A stretch of DNA of 64,000 nt from an uncultured Verrucomicrobiae bacterium (GCA_963801815.1 CAWDGJ010000003.1:480001-544000), one strand, 5' to 3'; positions 10,112 through 21,358 are shown, counted from the first letter of the stretch. The notes: generated by a model from the letters alone, not told the origin. Numbers and translations are program-made.

Positions 10112-13100
10112 TTATCGCGCGACGCGAGTCGTTTTGGCGTGGCCGTTTCCGTTTTCGGCCAGGGCGAATTGCCGCTGCGAAGGAACGGATTCATGCTGCG
10201 GTGTCGGCGCTTGTTCGGTTGCGGGCGGCGCAGTTAACTTCATTCCGACCAGTTTGCTCACGCCGCGCTCTTCCATCGTCACGCCATAAAGAACGTCCGC
10301 CTTAGCGATCGTTCGTTTGTTGTGGGTGATGATGATGAACTGGCTTTGGGCAACGAACCGGTCGAGCACGCGGATGAAGCGGTTGATGTTGCTCTCGTCC
10401 AGAGGCGCATCCATTTCGTCCAGGACGCAGAACGGACTCGGGCGCACCATGTAGATGGCGAAGAGCAACGCGACCGCGGTCATTGTCCGCTCGCCGCCGG
10501 ACAGGAGCGAAACGCTCTGCAATTGTTTGCCGGGCGGCTTGGCCGAGATTTCGATGCCGCAGTTGAGCGGATCGTTTTCGTCCAGCAACGAGAGATCGGC
10601 GCGGCCGCCGCCGAAGAGTTCGGCGAACATTTCGCGGAAGTTGACCCGGACTTGGGCGAAGGTTTCGGCGAACAACTGTTTCGTCGTGGTGTTGATCTGG
10701 GCGATGACGTCGAGCAACTCGCGGCGCGAATTCGTGAGATCGTTGTTTTGCGTTTCGAGGAATTTGTAACGCTCTTCGAGCTCGTCGTATTCCTGGACCG
10801 CTTCGAGATTAACCGGGCCCATGTTGTCGAGCTGGCGGGTGAGATCGCCGATTAGTTTTTGCAAATCCTCATCGCCGAGATCTACATCCTGGACTTCTTT
10901 CTCGGCGCGTTTGAGTTGGACCCGCAACGTTTTTCCGAATGCCTCCTGGTCCGGAGTGAAGGTGCGCAAGTCGACTTGGTAACGTCGCGTGATGCTTTCC
11001 GCCAGATTTTCAATCTGCATCTGCAATTGAGATTCGCGGACTTGCTGATGGCTTCGTTTTTCTTGCAGTTCGCTCAACGAGTTACGGAGTTGACGCAAAT
11101 CGGCCTCGCGTTGTTCTACTGCGCCTGCGCGGCTGGTCCGTTGGGATGAAATTTCCCTGGCAGCTGCGTCGGCTTCGGCAGCGCGTGCTGTTTGTTCTTT
11201 AATCGCAGTTTCGGCATCATGGGTTTCCTGCGCCTGGGCCGCGACTTTGGATTCGTAACTCGCGATGTCGGCCTTGCGCGCTGCGATTGATTCCAAGAGC
11301 TCTGTATCGCGGGCGGCCATTGGTTGTCGCTGCGCTTCCAAGCTCTCGAGGCGTTGCCGCGCCGTGGCGATTGCCAACCGCAAATCGTTCAGCTCCTCGA
11401 CCGTCTTTTCCTCCTGACCGCGCGCGCCTTTTTCATCCTTCTCGGCGTCGCTCTGCGCGGCCTCGTGTTCGGAGAGGACATCTCGTGCCGATCTCAATTC
11501 AGCTTCCAACTCGGAGACGCGCTGGCGTGCCACTTCGATTTGGTGCTCGAGCGCGGCCCTTTCCGATTTCAGATTGTCGATCTTGCGTGCGGCTTCCTTT
11601 TCCTCGCCTTGAAGCAACGAGATCCTGTTGGCGGAAGTCGAATGCGCCAAATGCGCTGATTGATGATGGGACCGCGTTTCGTCGAGCCGGCGGGAGGCAG
11701 TTGCGACATTCGCTTTCGCCTGGTCGCGCTTCTGGATGAGAATGTCACGCTGGGTTGCACAGCCGGCTTCATCCCTTTCCAGTGCCGTCACGCGCGCTTT
11801 GCGCTCGAGCAGCGAGTCTGCTTTCACGGTGCTGCTGCCACCGAACAGAATTCCTTCGGTGGAAATGAACTCTCCATCGAGAGTTGTCATTGCGAGAGTC
11901 GGCTCGTCTTTCTTGGCGGCGAGCGCTTGATCCAGTTTCGAAAAAATCACGACACCGCTGAGCAATTGCCGGATCAGCGGTTCGATTAAACGCGGCGCGA
12001 CCACTTTGTCGATGGCCCATGCGATCGCGCCTTTCGGCAAGCTTTTGCGAACCGATTCATGGGCCGAAGCGCCAAGTTTCGGAACAAACAGCGCCGCTTG
12101 CCCAAGTTTTTTTCGGGTGAGACGGCCAAGGATTTCTTCGGCAGATTGCGCGTCTTTGAGAATGACGGCGTGCAGGTTCCGGCCAAGCGCGGCTTCAATC
12201 GCCGGAATAAATTTTGGATCGACATCGATCTGGGCAACGAGTGAGCCGGTGATCGAATCGCGGAACCGATCAGGATCGCCCAAGCCTTTGAGCACCGCCT
12301 GGGAACCCTGAGCTAATCCTTCGCCTTCGGCGTTGAGCTGGCGCAAAACTTCAAGTGTCGATCGTTTCTCGGCCATCGTGCAGTCCAACGCAGTGATTTC
12401 GACGTCGACCTCGGTCAGCTGTTCCTGTTGTTGCCGGTGACTCGCTTCTGCGGTCTGCAATTGCACGAACAGCGTTTCCAACTTCTTCTGTTCGGTTTCA
12501 GTTTCGCCATGTGCCGTCGCGATTCCGGCTGCGATCCTTTCGATGCGCTTTGAGCGCATCTTTTGTTTCCGCAGAGATTTGCCGGATTTGTTCCTCCGTT
12601 AGCTCGCGGCGAGCAGAAATTCCAGCCAGGTCGTCTTCGAGCTCATCAATCCGCGCTTCATACTTCGAGACGGGAGGTCCGTGCGGATTCGCGGTCGGCC
12701 TCGCGTTCCTCACGACGAGCACGGAGTTTGTCGAGTAGTTCGGTGAGTCTTGGCCAACTCTGCTTGTTTCGACTGCAGGAGATGCTGCGTCTTCTCAATG
12801 AGCGAGTCGCGTTCGCGAATCTGGGCCGCGTGCTGTTTACGTTTGGTCTCGGCGCCCTCGATATCGGCCGTGAGCGCGCTTGATCAGATCGCTCAGCTCA
12901 TCTTCGCGTTGGCGATTAAATTCGATCCGGCTGCGATTCGTGGCGATTTCGCTCTGCAGATCGCTGCGCTTCGGCGCGGATGTCGGCCATCTCGATGTCG
13001 ATTTTGTCGAGCGCGCGGCGTTCTTCGGCCAACTTCGTTTTCGTCACATCGATCTTTGTGCGTGCCGTTTGTTCGGACCCGCAATTTTTTCAATCTCCGC

Positions 13101-13837
13101 GCGGCAGTGAGCAAGGTCGGTGTCGAAAGTGGCGAGTTGTTTTTTGGAATGATGCGTATCGAGCACGCGCAGGTCGGCATGCAACGCTTGATAACGCCGC
13201 GCTTTGCCAGCCTGACGCTGGAGCGAACCGATCTGCCGCTTCACTTCCTTGATGATGTCGCCGATACGCAAGAAGGTTCGCCTCCGTCGCTTCGAGTTTG
13301 CGAAGTGCTTCCTCTTTTGCGATTTGTACTTCGTGATCCCGGCCGCTTCTTCAAAGACTGCGCGACGATCTTCTGGCCGCGAGCTCAGGATCATGTCGAT
13401 CTTGCCTTGCTCCATCATCGAGTAGGCGAACGCGCGACGCCGGTGTCGGCGAAAAGGTTCTGGATGTCCTTCAAACGGCACGGCGTTTTGTTGAGTAGGT
13501 ATTCGGAAATTCCGTCACGATAAACGCGCCGCGTCACGCGCACGTCATGCCAGTCGACGTCCGAGTTCGACGCGCAATCGGTGAACGTCAGCGAGACTTC
13601 GGCGAAGCCCAGCGGCTTGCGCGTTGTCGGTGCCGTTAAAAATGACGTCGGCCATTTCGCCGCCGCGCAGAGATTTGGCGGATTGTTCTCCCGAGCACCC
13701 AACGTAATCGCGTCGAGCACGTTCGATTTGCCGCAACCGTTCGGGCCGACGATTGCTGTGACGCCTTCGTGAAAATTGAAAAATGTTTTATCGGCGAAGG
13801 ACTTGAAGCCGAAAAGTTCGAGCGATTGTAGATGCAT
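10112..13837 (-). CDS. smc: Chromosome partition protein Smc (frameshifts in 5' third)
   Basis: GFKSF, Walker A GPNGCGKSN, FEEAAGI, coiled coils and hinge, LSGGE, LDEMDAPLD, ITH. Confidence 0.95.
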
Positions 13838-13972
13838 GCGGCCCAGGCCACCTGTCAGCCTTATAGGCAATATAGTAGCCTAGGTGCACTGACAAGCAAA
13901 ATCACACAATTTGTGGGCCACCAGCCGCCCTAAAGCCCCATAAGTTGTAGGGTGATGGTCTAGGAATCGGCC

Positions 13973-15367
13973 TTGATCCAGGTAGCGGAATCGAGCACGA
14001 TTCTGCCCGTGATCGGCGAGACCGAGACGGAAATCCACCACGCCGAGCAAACCGATCACCAGCTGATTCGGGGGATTGGAATTCCAGCGCTCACGGCAAA
14101 CATCGTGAGTGCGACGATTGGCGCAGGGATTTTTGTAATTCCGGCGACGGTTGCGAAAGGGCTCGGCGCGGCCGCGCCGCTGGCGTTTATCTGCTGCGCA
14201 ATCGCGATGGTTTTGTTCGTCACGTGCTTCGCGATCGCCGGCAGTCGCGTGTCGCTGACCGGCGGACTTTACGCCTACGTTGAAGTGGCGTTTGGACGGT
14301 ACGTCGGGTTTCTAGCTGGGATTCTTTATTTCTTAACTGCGCTTGGTGCCGTTGCCGGAGTGGTGAACGTGCTGGCAAATTCAGTTGCGCTGGTGGTGCC
14401 ATTTCTCGGCGGGCCGGTAATGCGCATCGTCGTGATGCTGGCGGTGTACGGAGTGCTCGTATTGATCAATATCCGCGGCGTGCGCGAGGGTGCGGGCGCA
14501 GTCACCGTAATCACGTTCGCGAAACTGCTACCGTTGCTGTTGTTCGTTTGCGCGGGACTTTTTTTTATTCATGGAGCGAACCTCAGCTGGCCGGGCTGGC
14601 CGAGCAGCAAGTCGTTAGGCGATGCGGTGATTCTTTTGATGTTCGCTTTTGTCGGGATCGAGGTGGCGTTGATTCCAAGCGGTGAAGTAAAGAACCCGTC
14701 CCGAACAGTTCCACGCTCGGCCTATCTCGCCCTCGTGATCACTTCGATCATTTACATTTTGATTCAACTTGTAGCGCAGGGAACGCTGGGTGCCGATCTC
14801 GCGAATTATCCGGACGCGCCCCTGGCCGAGTCGGCGGCGAAATTTCTCGGCAACATCGGGCGGACCGTTTTAATCGCCGGCGCGACGGTCTCGGCGTTCG
14901 GATTTGTAACCAGCGACATTCTCAGCTCGCCGCGGATGATTTTTGCCTTTGGTCGCGATGGCGCGTTGCCACAATTTTTTGCGCACGTGCATCCACGTTA
15001 CCGCTCGCCTGACGTTGCGATCATCACTTACGCGTCACTCGCGTTTATTTTATCCATTAGCGGATCGTTTGAACGGTTGGCGGTTCTTTCAAACGTTGCG
15101 GTATTGTTGATGTATCTGCTTTGCTGTGCAGCCTGCTGGTTCTTGATTCGACGAGGCGTCCGCTCAGATGGCCAGCCATTCAGTGTTCCCGGAATGAAGA
15201 TTGTTCCGGTGCTCGCGATCGCCGTGATTTTGTGGATTCTTGGGCAATCGTCGATGAGTGAGAGCTCGGTCGGTAGTGACACGCGCGCCGGATTGCTTCT
15301 GGCAGTTGAAGTGATGACGGCGGCATCGTTTTGGTATCTCATTTCCGCTCGTCTCCGCCGGAAGTGA
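13973..15367 (+). CDS. APC-family amino acid permease (start uncertain)
   Basis: About 12 hydrophobic segments; IGAGIF, GGLYAY, FAFVGIE, EVKNP, RDG.LP. Confidence 0.9.
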   Translation: MIQVAESSTILPVIGETETEIHHAEQTDHQLIRGIGIPALTANIVSATIGAGIFVIPATVAKGLGAAAPLAFICCAIAMVLFVTCFAIAGSRVSLTGGLYAYVEVAFGRYVGFLAGILYFLTALGAVAGVVNVLANSVALVVPFLGGPVMRIVVMLAVYGVLVLINIRGVREGAGAVTVITFAKLLPLLLFVCAGLFFIHGANLSWPGWPSSKSLGDAVILLMFAFVGIEVALIPSGEVKNPSRTVPRSAYLALVITSIIYILIQLVAQGTLGADLANYPDAPLAESAAKFLGNIGRTVLIAGATVSAFGFVTSDILSSPRMIFAFGRDGALPQFFAHVHPRYRSPDVAIITYASLAFILSISGSFERLAVLSNVAVLLMYLLCCAACWFLIRRGVRSDGQPFSVPGMKIVPVLAIAVILWILGQSSMSESSVGSDTRAGLLLAVEVMTAASFWYLISARLRRK

Positions 15368-15402
15368 TAGGCAAATAACGGAAAAACGTCTAGCTTTCCG
15401 AC

Positions 15403-16737
15403 ATGCGCGACGAATATCTCAAAGATTATTATTCCTTTTTGCGGTTCCCGAGCGTTTCAACGGACGAAAAATATGCCGGCAAGGTTCGCGACTGCGCGGA
15501 TTGGCTTTCCAAAAAACTCGGCGCGATCGGTTTGGAATCGAAAGTTGTCCCCACTGCCGGCCACCCGGTTGTCTGGGCGCGCAATGAGCACAAAAAGAAT
15601 CGTCCGACCGTGTTGCTTTACGGTCATTACGATGTTCAGCCGCCGGACCCGCTCGAATTGTGGGATTCGCCCCCGTTCGAACCCGTTTTGAAAAATGGCT
15701 ACGTATTCGCGCGCGGCGCGACCGATAACAAAGGCCAAATCCTTTCTCACATCATCGGAATTCAGGAAACTTTACAGAAGAACGGCGATCTGCCGGTGAA
15801 TATCGACGTTGTGGTCGAAGGCGAGGAAGAAGTCGGCAGCCAAAACCTTGGAAAATTTCTGACCGACAATCGCGACGCGTTGAAATGCGACGTCGTGCTG
15901 GTGTCCGACACCGGAATGATCGCCAAGCAGACGCCGACACTGAGTTATGGACTGCGCGGAGTCGCCGCGCTTGAGCTGAAAGTTGCCGCCGCGAAGATGG
16001 ACCTCCACTCCGGGGTTTTTGGCGGCGCAGTCGCGAACCCTGCGGCGGCACTCGCGAGAATGCTTGCCACCTTGCACGATAAGAATGGCCACATCACGGT
16101 CGATGGTTTTTATGACGAAGTCGTACCGTTGCAGGATTGGGAGCGCGAAGCCTGGAAAAAATTGCCGATCGATGCCGACGCCGAAATGCTGGCCGAAACC
16201 GGCGCGCCCGCGCTTTTTGGCGAAGCTGGGTTCAGCACGCTGGAACGAATTTGGGCGCGGCCGACGGCGGAGATCAACGGGATGGGCAGCGGTTATCAAG
16301 GACCCGGAACGAAAACCGTGTTGCCCAGTCACGCGATGGCGAAGCTGACCTTTCGATTGGTTCCAAATCAACAGGCCGACGTCATCGTCGAACGCGTTAA
16401 AAAGCATCTGCAAAAAAATCTGCCACCGGGCGTGACGTTGGAAATGACTGCCGGTCATAACGGACCGTGGTATCTGACCGATCCGAACAGCAAATTCGGA
16501 AAAGCGGCGCAGCGCGCCCTAAAAAAAGCCTTCAACAAAGATGCGGCGCTCATTCGCGAAGGTGGCAGCATTCCGATCGTCTCCGATTTCCGAAAAATTC
16601 TTGGCGTGGAGACACTGCTGCTCGGTTTGGCGCTCCAGGATTGCCGCGCGCATTCGCCCAATGAAAATTTTCCGCTGGAGAATTTCGACGTCGGTATTCG
16701 AATGAATCAGGCGGTCTTGCAAGAGCTAGCCGCGTGA
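15403..16737 (+). CDS. M20-family metallopeptidase/dipeptidase
   Basis: YGHYDVQP, ARGATDNKG, EGEEE, DLHSG, GGSIP, AHSPNE. Confidence 0.93.
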   Translation: MRDEYLKDYYSFLRFPSVSTDEKYAGKVRDCADWLSKKLGAIGLESKVVPTAGHPVVWARNEHKKNRPTVLLYGHYDVQPPDPLELWDSPPFEPVLKNGYVFARGATDNKGQILSHIIGIQETLQKNGDLPVNIDVVVEGEEEVGSQNLGKFLTDNRDALKCDVVLVSDTGMIAKQTPTLSYGLRGVAALELKVAAAKMDLHSGVFGGAVANPAAALARMLATLHDKNGHITVDGFYDEVVPLQDWEREAWKKLPIDADAEMLAETGAPALFGEAGFSTLERIWARPTAEINGMGSGYQGPGTKTVLPSHAMAKLTFRLVPNQQADVIVERVKKHLQKNLPPGVTLEMTAGHNGPWYLTDPNSKFGKAAQRALKKAFNKDAALIREGGSIPIVSDFRKILGVETLLLGLALQDCRAHSPNENFPLENFDVGIRMNQAVLQELAA

Positions 16738-17822
16738 AACAAAGACTGCGCCTCCTCATCGTCAGTGGACTGACGGTGGCGGTGACTCTGGCGCCGGTTT
16801 GCGGGCAGGAACAAAAAGAAACCTTGGGCGACAAGCTGAAAAGGCTTTTCGCCCGTCCGACGCCGACGGCGACACCACGCAGAACGCAGCGAAGAAGTTC
16901 GCCTTCACCAACGATCGCGCCAACTTCGTCGGCAACGTCCCTGCCGCAGGAAGACGCGACCGCTGCCCCTTCTTCCACGGAACCACCGATCGTTTTACCG
17001 GAAGAAGGCGCGCCGACGGTTACGCCTTCGGTGCAGGGGGAAAGCCAATATTTCGAACCGGTGCGCGCAATCAGTCCTGGTCCCCGCTCCCGAATGCAAA
17101 CCGCGCCCAAAATAATTCAAGGGTCGCAAACAACGCCGATCCCAAACGCGACAGCGGCTGAAGTTACGGAAAGTTCCGCGGAGGAATCCGTGGAGTCGAG
17201 ACCGACACCGAGTTTGCCGCCGATGATTGAATCAAGAGCATCGCCTGCTGCTAAAACCACGTTACCGCCAGCCGTCACGGTTTCGGATTTGGAAAGTTAT
17301 CCGCCAAACGTTGGGAAAGTTGTCGACCTCGGCATGGACCTGATGAGGCAAGATCTGCCTTACAAGTATGCTTCCGCCGACCCGGCGAACGGCGGAATGG
17401 ACTGCTCGGGGTTCATTTATTATGTGCTCACGAAGTGCGGGGTTAAAAACGTGCCGCGTGACGCGCGCGAGCAATACATTTGGGTGCGGAAAGCGGGAAA
17501 TTTTCAAGCCGTCCTCGCGCAACGTGATGATACGTTCGAACTCGACGCACTGAAACCCGGCGATCTCCTTTTCTGGACAAACAACTCCGGAGTCAACCGT
17601 GACCCGGAGATCACGCAGACAATGATTTATATCGGCCGTGATAAGGCGACGAACCAGCGTTTGATGATCGGCGCAAGCGAACACAGCTCCTACAACGGCG
17701 AAAAGAAGTCGGGGGTAAGCGTGTTCGATTTGAAACTCGGATCCGCTGAGCCGAAACCCGACGAGGAAGCGACTTCAGTCTTTGTTGGTTACGGACATGT
17801 TCCAGATTCGTCCGGAGACTAA
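16734..17822 (+). CDS. Exported NlpC/P60-domain protein with Pro/Thr/Ser-rich linker
   Basis: Signal peptide; PY.Y..., GMDCSG, LKPGDLLF, ITQTMIYIG (expected His is Gln). Confidence 0.85.
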   Translation: MKQRLRLLIVSGLTVAVTLAPVCGQEQKETLGDKLKRLFARPTPTATPRRTQRRSSPSPTIAPTSSATSLPQEDATAAPSSTEPPIVLPEEGAPTVTPSVQGESQYFEPVRAISPGPRSRMQTAPKIIQGSQTTPIPNATAAEVTESSAEESVESRPTPSLPPMIESRASPAAKTTLPPAVTVSDLESYPPNVGKVVDLGMDLMRQDLPYKYASADPANGGMDCSGFIYYVLTKCGVKNVPRDAREQYIWVRKAGNFQAVLAQRDDTFELDALKPGDLLFWTNNSGVNRDPEITQTMIYIGRDKATNQRLMIGASEHSSYNGEKKSGVSVFDLKLGSAEPKPDEEATSVFVGYGHVPDSSGD

Positions 17823-18019
17823 TCGCGCGAATCGTCGGTCGCCTCATCGTTTACGTGATGTGTTGGCGACGTGGCTGCCGGCGATGGTTTCAATCTTGTT
17901 GATGGCGGCTGCGGTTTGCTTTGCCAAAGATGTTTTACAAACGCGATCGCGACTAAAAGCGTGACAACCAGGATGACGATTCGCTGTTCATGTTTGGTCA
18001 GCTCAAAAATATTTCGCAT
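17819..18019 (-). CDS. Small single-pass membrane protein
   Basis: 66 aa, one hydrophobic helix after LTKHEQR; ATG overlaps queC stop. Confidence 0.6.
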   Translation of the reverse strand: MRNIFELTKHEQRIVILVVTLLVAIAFVKHLWQSKPQPPSTRLKPSPAATSPTHHVNDEATDDSRD

Positions 18020-18702
18020 CAGCTCGCGTATTGTATCGGATCCGTGACGCCAGCCTCAGCGAAGCCGTTCTTTCGTAGCTGGCACGAATCGCATTCGCCG
18101 CACGCGCTACCATCTGGCAGGGGGTCGTAGCAACTGTGAGTCAACGAAAGATCGACATTGAGTTCAACAGCTTTGCGCACGATGTCGGCCTTCGACATTT
18201 TAATCAACGGCGCGTGGATTTGAAGCCGCGCGCCTTCGATGCCGGCTTTGGTACCGATGTTAGCGAGAGTTTCGAAAAGCGCGATAAATTCCGGCCGGCA
18301 GTCAGGATAACCGCTGTAGTCGATCGCATTCGCACCGATGAAAATATGGCCGGCATGAATTGTTTCGGCCAGGGCCAGGGCGTGCGCGAGAAAGATCGTG
18401 TTACGCGCGGGAACGTAAGTTACGGGGATGCCGGTCGCGATTTCCTTTTCCGACCGTGACTTTGGAACGTCAACATCATCGGTCAGCGCCGAGCCACCAA
18501 AGATCTGATTGTCGATCTTGACGATGAGATGTTTTTTCGCGCCGAGTGATTTCGCGATTTTCTTGGCCGCCTTAAGTTCACGTTTGTGACGCTGCCCATA
18601 GTCGAACGACAACGCATAAGCCTCGTAGCCCTGCGAACGGGCAATTGCCAGGGTTGTCGCTGAATCCAGTCCGCCGCTGAGGAGAACGATTGCGTGCTTC
18701 AT
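18019..18702 (-). CDS. queC: 7-cyano-7-deazaguanine synthase
   Basis: SGGLDS, YGQRH, TYVPARN, YPDCR, SCY...CGECDSC. Confidence 0.97.
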   Translation of the reverse strand: MKHAIVLLSGGLDSATTLAIARSQGYEAYALSFDYGQRHKRELKAAKKIAKSLGAKKHLIVKIDNQIFGGSALTDDVDVPKSRSEKEIATGIPVTYVPARNTIFLAHALALAETIHAGHIFIGANAIDYSGYPDCRPEFIALFETLANIGTKAGIEGARLQIHAPLIKMSKADIVRKAVELNVDLSLTHSCYDPLPDGSACGECDSCQLRKNGFAEAGVTDPIQYAS

Positions 18703-18714
18703 CAAAGAGGAAAT

Positions 18715-18860
18715 CTCGAAAATCGAATATCGAAATCCGAAACAAATCCAAATGACCAAAGCTTGAGATTCTCAAATCGCGCGGGAATACAACCCATTTC
18801 GAGCGTTTGGATTTCGAATTTTGGCATTGTTTCGAAATTCGGATTTCGGCTTTCGAGTTT
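18715..18860. repeat. 7-bp-periodic imperfect palindrome (CGAA-type), copy 2
   Basis: CTCGAAAATCGAATATCGAAATCCGAAACAA ... TTGTTTCGAAATTCGGATTTCGGCTTTCGAG fills the queF-queC spacer. Confidence 0.8.
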
Positions 18861-19309
18861 CATTCGCCATCGCGGCCAATCTTTTTCGCAGCTTTGTCCG
18901 GATATTCGGCTCGCACGCTGAGGGCGATCCCGCCACGCGCTGAGAATTGGGCGGTAATCGTCGCTTCGCGGGGTGAACACGCTTTGACCAAATCGTCGAG
19001 AATCCGATTTGTGACAGCTTCATTGAAGGCACGCTCGTTACGGTACGATGAGAGATAAAACTTGAGCGACTTGCTTTCAATACAAAGACGATCCGGGACA
19101 TAATCGATGTCGATTCTGGCAAAGTCAGGCTGACCGGTCACTGGGCACAGGCAGGTGAAATCGTCGGTCTCAAAATGAATGTGATAATTCCGCCGCGCAG
19201 GATTTGGAAACGTCTCCAGGCGCGCTTCCGACGGAGCGGACGGCAACTTTGTTTCGATCCGGCCAAGCAGTGTTAACGTGGTGGCCTTGGACGACTTTGC
19301 GCGCTTCAT
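18860..19309 (-). CDS. queF: preQ0 reductase QueF, type I
   Basis: [26 protein letters not shown]. Confidence 0.95.
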   Translation of the reverse strand: MKRAKSSKATTLTLLGRIETKLPSAPSEARLETFPNPARRNYHIHFETDDFTCLCPVTGQPDFARIDIDYVPDRLCIESKSLKFYLSSYRNERAFNEAVTNRILDDLVKACSPREATITAQFSARGGIALSVRAEYPDKAAKKIGRDGE

Positions 19310-19351
19310 TTGCTTGAACGTTCAACGCGCAACAGTGAACTTTCAAATCCA

Positions 19352-19732
19352 ATGACTGAATCGAGCAGCAGCCGTCCAAACAAGGAAGACCGCGTCGGGG
19401 TCATCGATATGATTGCAGACGATCCGAAGACCGATGAGGCGGTGCTGGTGATGAACGAGCCGGAGCCGTGGAACGGTTCGGATGATCGGCTGTTTCAATT
19501 ACAAGAGCGCTTCAACGCCTACGTTTCGTTCTTGCTCGATGGCGAATTTGCCGAATGGGACCCGAAGCTCGCTCGAAAACGGGCGCGGATTGAAGTGCGC
19601 TGTGCGCACATGCCGGACAATCGTGCGATTGAATTGATGGGCCAGATCCGCGATCAACTCGCTCACCAGGAGATTGACGTCCAGGTCGTTGTTGGTCGGG
19701 ACAGTTCACCCGAACCGCCCGCGGGCGATTGA
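19352..19732 (+). CDS. Hypothetical protein, DUF6572-like
   Basis: VID.I...V.L....W......LQER.N.Y..F..DGE pattern recalled for DUF6572; not database-checked. Confidence 0.6.
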   Translation: MTESSSSRPNKEDRVGVIDMIADDPKTDEAVLVMNEPEPWNGSDDRLFQLQERFNAYVSFLLDGEFAEWDPKLARKRARIEVRCAHMPDNRAIELMGQIRDQLAHQEIDVQVVVGRDSSPEPPAGD

Positions 19733-19748
19733 GGTCAATCGCCCCTAC
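19723..19748. repeat. GTAG-type REP hairpin at a convergent gene junction
   Basis: GGGCGATTG-AGGT-CAATCGCCC followed by CTAC (GTAG on minus strand). Confidence 0.65.
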
Positions 19749-20279
19749 CTAGTATTTCAGAAAAGCGGTCACCGGCGTGGGAGCGAGTTTGTCGCGACCG
19801 CGTAGAAAATCCAGTTCGATCAGGAACTGCGCTTCCAACAATTCGCCGCCGACTTTCTTTATGAGTGCGGCGGCGGCGGCGGACGTTCCACCAGTCGCAA
19901 GCAAATCGTCCACCAGCACAACTCTCTCGCCCGATTTCATGGCGTCGATGTGCATTTCCATTTCCGCTTCTCCGTATTCCAGCGAATATTTTGCGATCTC
20001 GGTTTTGTAAGGGAGCTTGCCGCGCTTGCGAATCGGAACGAATCCGATGTTCAATTCATAAGCGACGGCGGATCCAAAAAGAAAGCCGCGGGCGTCGATT
20101 CCAACGATTTTGTCGATCTTCTTGCCGCGACAGCGTTCCAAGAACAGATCGATCGACGCACGAAAGAGATCGGGATCACTCAGAATGGGCGTGATGTCCT
20201 TGAAGACGATGCCCTCTTTCGGAAAGTCTGGCACGTCCCGCACACCGGTTCGCAGTTTTTCGATCACGCCAGAGTTCAC
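19749..20279 (-). CDS. apt: Adenine phosphoribosyltransferase
   Basis: PDFPK.GI.FKDITP, ARGF, YSLEYG, VDDLLATGGT. Confidence 0.97.
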   Translation of the reverse strand: MNSGVIEKLRTGVRDVPDFPKEGIVFKDITPILSDPDLFRASIDLFLERCRGKKIDKIVGIDARGFLFGSAVAYELNIGFVPIRKRGKLPYKTEIAKYSLEYGEAEMEMHIDAMKSGERVVLVDDLLATGGTSAAAAALIKKVGGELLEAQFLIELDFLRGRDKLAPTPVTAFLKY

Positions 20280-20566
20280 GAAGACGATGCTAGCGGGGGC
20301 CAGGTCACGGTCAACGCTATGGAGTTACTTCTGTGTGAGGCGCAGCTCTTCGGTCCGAGAGACTTGCCATTCTCTGCGACAGTGATTTTGCCATCGCTTG
20401 AGGAAACGGCATCGCCCGCGAGGCAAGAAGTAATTCCCGCATCCGCTGCAAGGAGCAGGCCAACTATCAAAGGTGTTAGGTAACCGTAACGCATTTACGT
20501 GGAATATTCGCTGTGAGTAGAAGCTTCTTTCAAAGCGGTTTACCCCCCATTACAATTACGATTCCT

Positions 20567-21358
20567 GTGGATCGATATTTTCTCATTGTTTCAACTATCT
20601 GCTTCCTCGCGGCGATCGCCCACACCGTTATCGAACTGCGCGGCAGAGTTTTTCGCCCGATGCGGTTCAATTTTGTCGCGGTCGGTCTCGGGTTCATCTT
20701 TCAAACTGCATTCCTGTCGATTCGCGGCCACGAGGTTGGGCGGTGTCCAATTACAAACTTGTTTGAGGTAATTATTTTCGTCGCGTGGTCGGTCGCGCTT
20801 TTTTACATCGTGGTCGGGCCGGCCTATCGGCTTTCGCTAATGGGCGCGTTCACTGCGCCTTTGGTGGTGTTGCTTCAGTTAACGGCGTTGTTGTTGCCGA
20901 TTGATCATCCTCAGCGAGCGAAATTACCGCCGAGTTCGTGGTTGGAATTTCATGCTTCGATTTCACTTGTCGCCTATGGCGCGTTCGCACTCGCCTGCAT
21001 TGCGGGAGTGATGTACCTCGTCCAGGAACGGCAGCTTAAGACGCATCATCTGCACTCGATTTTTTATCATCTGCCTCCGTTGACGGACCTTTTCGCGGCC
21101 ATCACCCGATTGCTATGGTGGGGCTTCGCCCTTTACACGCTTGGATTAGTCAGCGGGTTTTTCGTGGGCGAGCCGTTGCCGTGGGCTCAGATCGTCTGTG
21201 CGACCGCGGTTTGGGTTCTTTACGGATTAATCTTACAAGGCCGGTACTTGCACTGGTTCGCGCCCAAGCGCGTGGCCGCCCTTTGTGTCCTTGGCTTCAG
21301 CGCCGCGTTGACGCTGCTTTGGGGGATCACGTTCACCTCGCAAACGCACACGCCATGA
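20567..21358 (+). CDS. Cytochrome c assembly (CcsA/CcmC-like, HemX-type) membrane protein
   Basis: About 8 TM segments; CPITNLFE, WLEFH, MYL.QER.LK; directly upstream of hemA. Confidence 0.8.
   Translation: MDRYFLIVSTICFLAAIAHTVIELRGRVFRPMRFNFVAVGLGFIFQTAFLSIRGHEVGRCPITNLFEVIIFVAWSVALFYIVVGPAYRLSLMGAFTAPLVVLLQLTALLLPIDHPQRAKLPPSSWLEFHASISLVAYGAFALACIAGVMYLVQERQLKTHHLHSIFYHLPPLTDLFAAITRLLWWGFALYTLGLVSGFFVGEPLPWAQIVCATAVWVLYGLILQGRYLHWFAPKRVAALCVLGFSAALTLLWGITFTSQTHTP

Noticed and set aside
18019..19350. queC/queF as a 7-deazaguanine DNA-modification or QueC-type defence system, or a preQ1 riboswitch
   Set aside because: Canonical QueC, QueF and Tgt for tRNA queuosine; no dpd or qat partners and no preQ1 motif recognised in the short upstream spacer
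20276..20494. 72-aa minus-strand ORF with signal-peptide-like start
   Set aside because: No recognisable homology, and its 3' end overlaps the predicted apt promoter; not supportable as a gene
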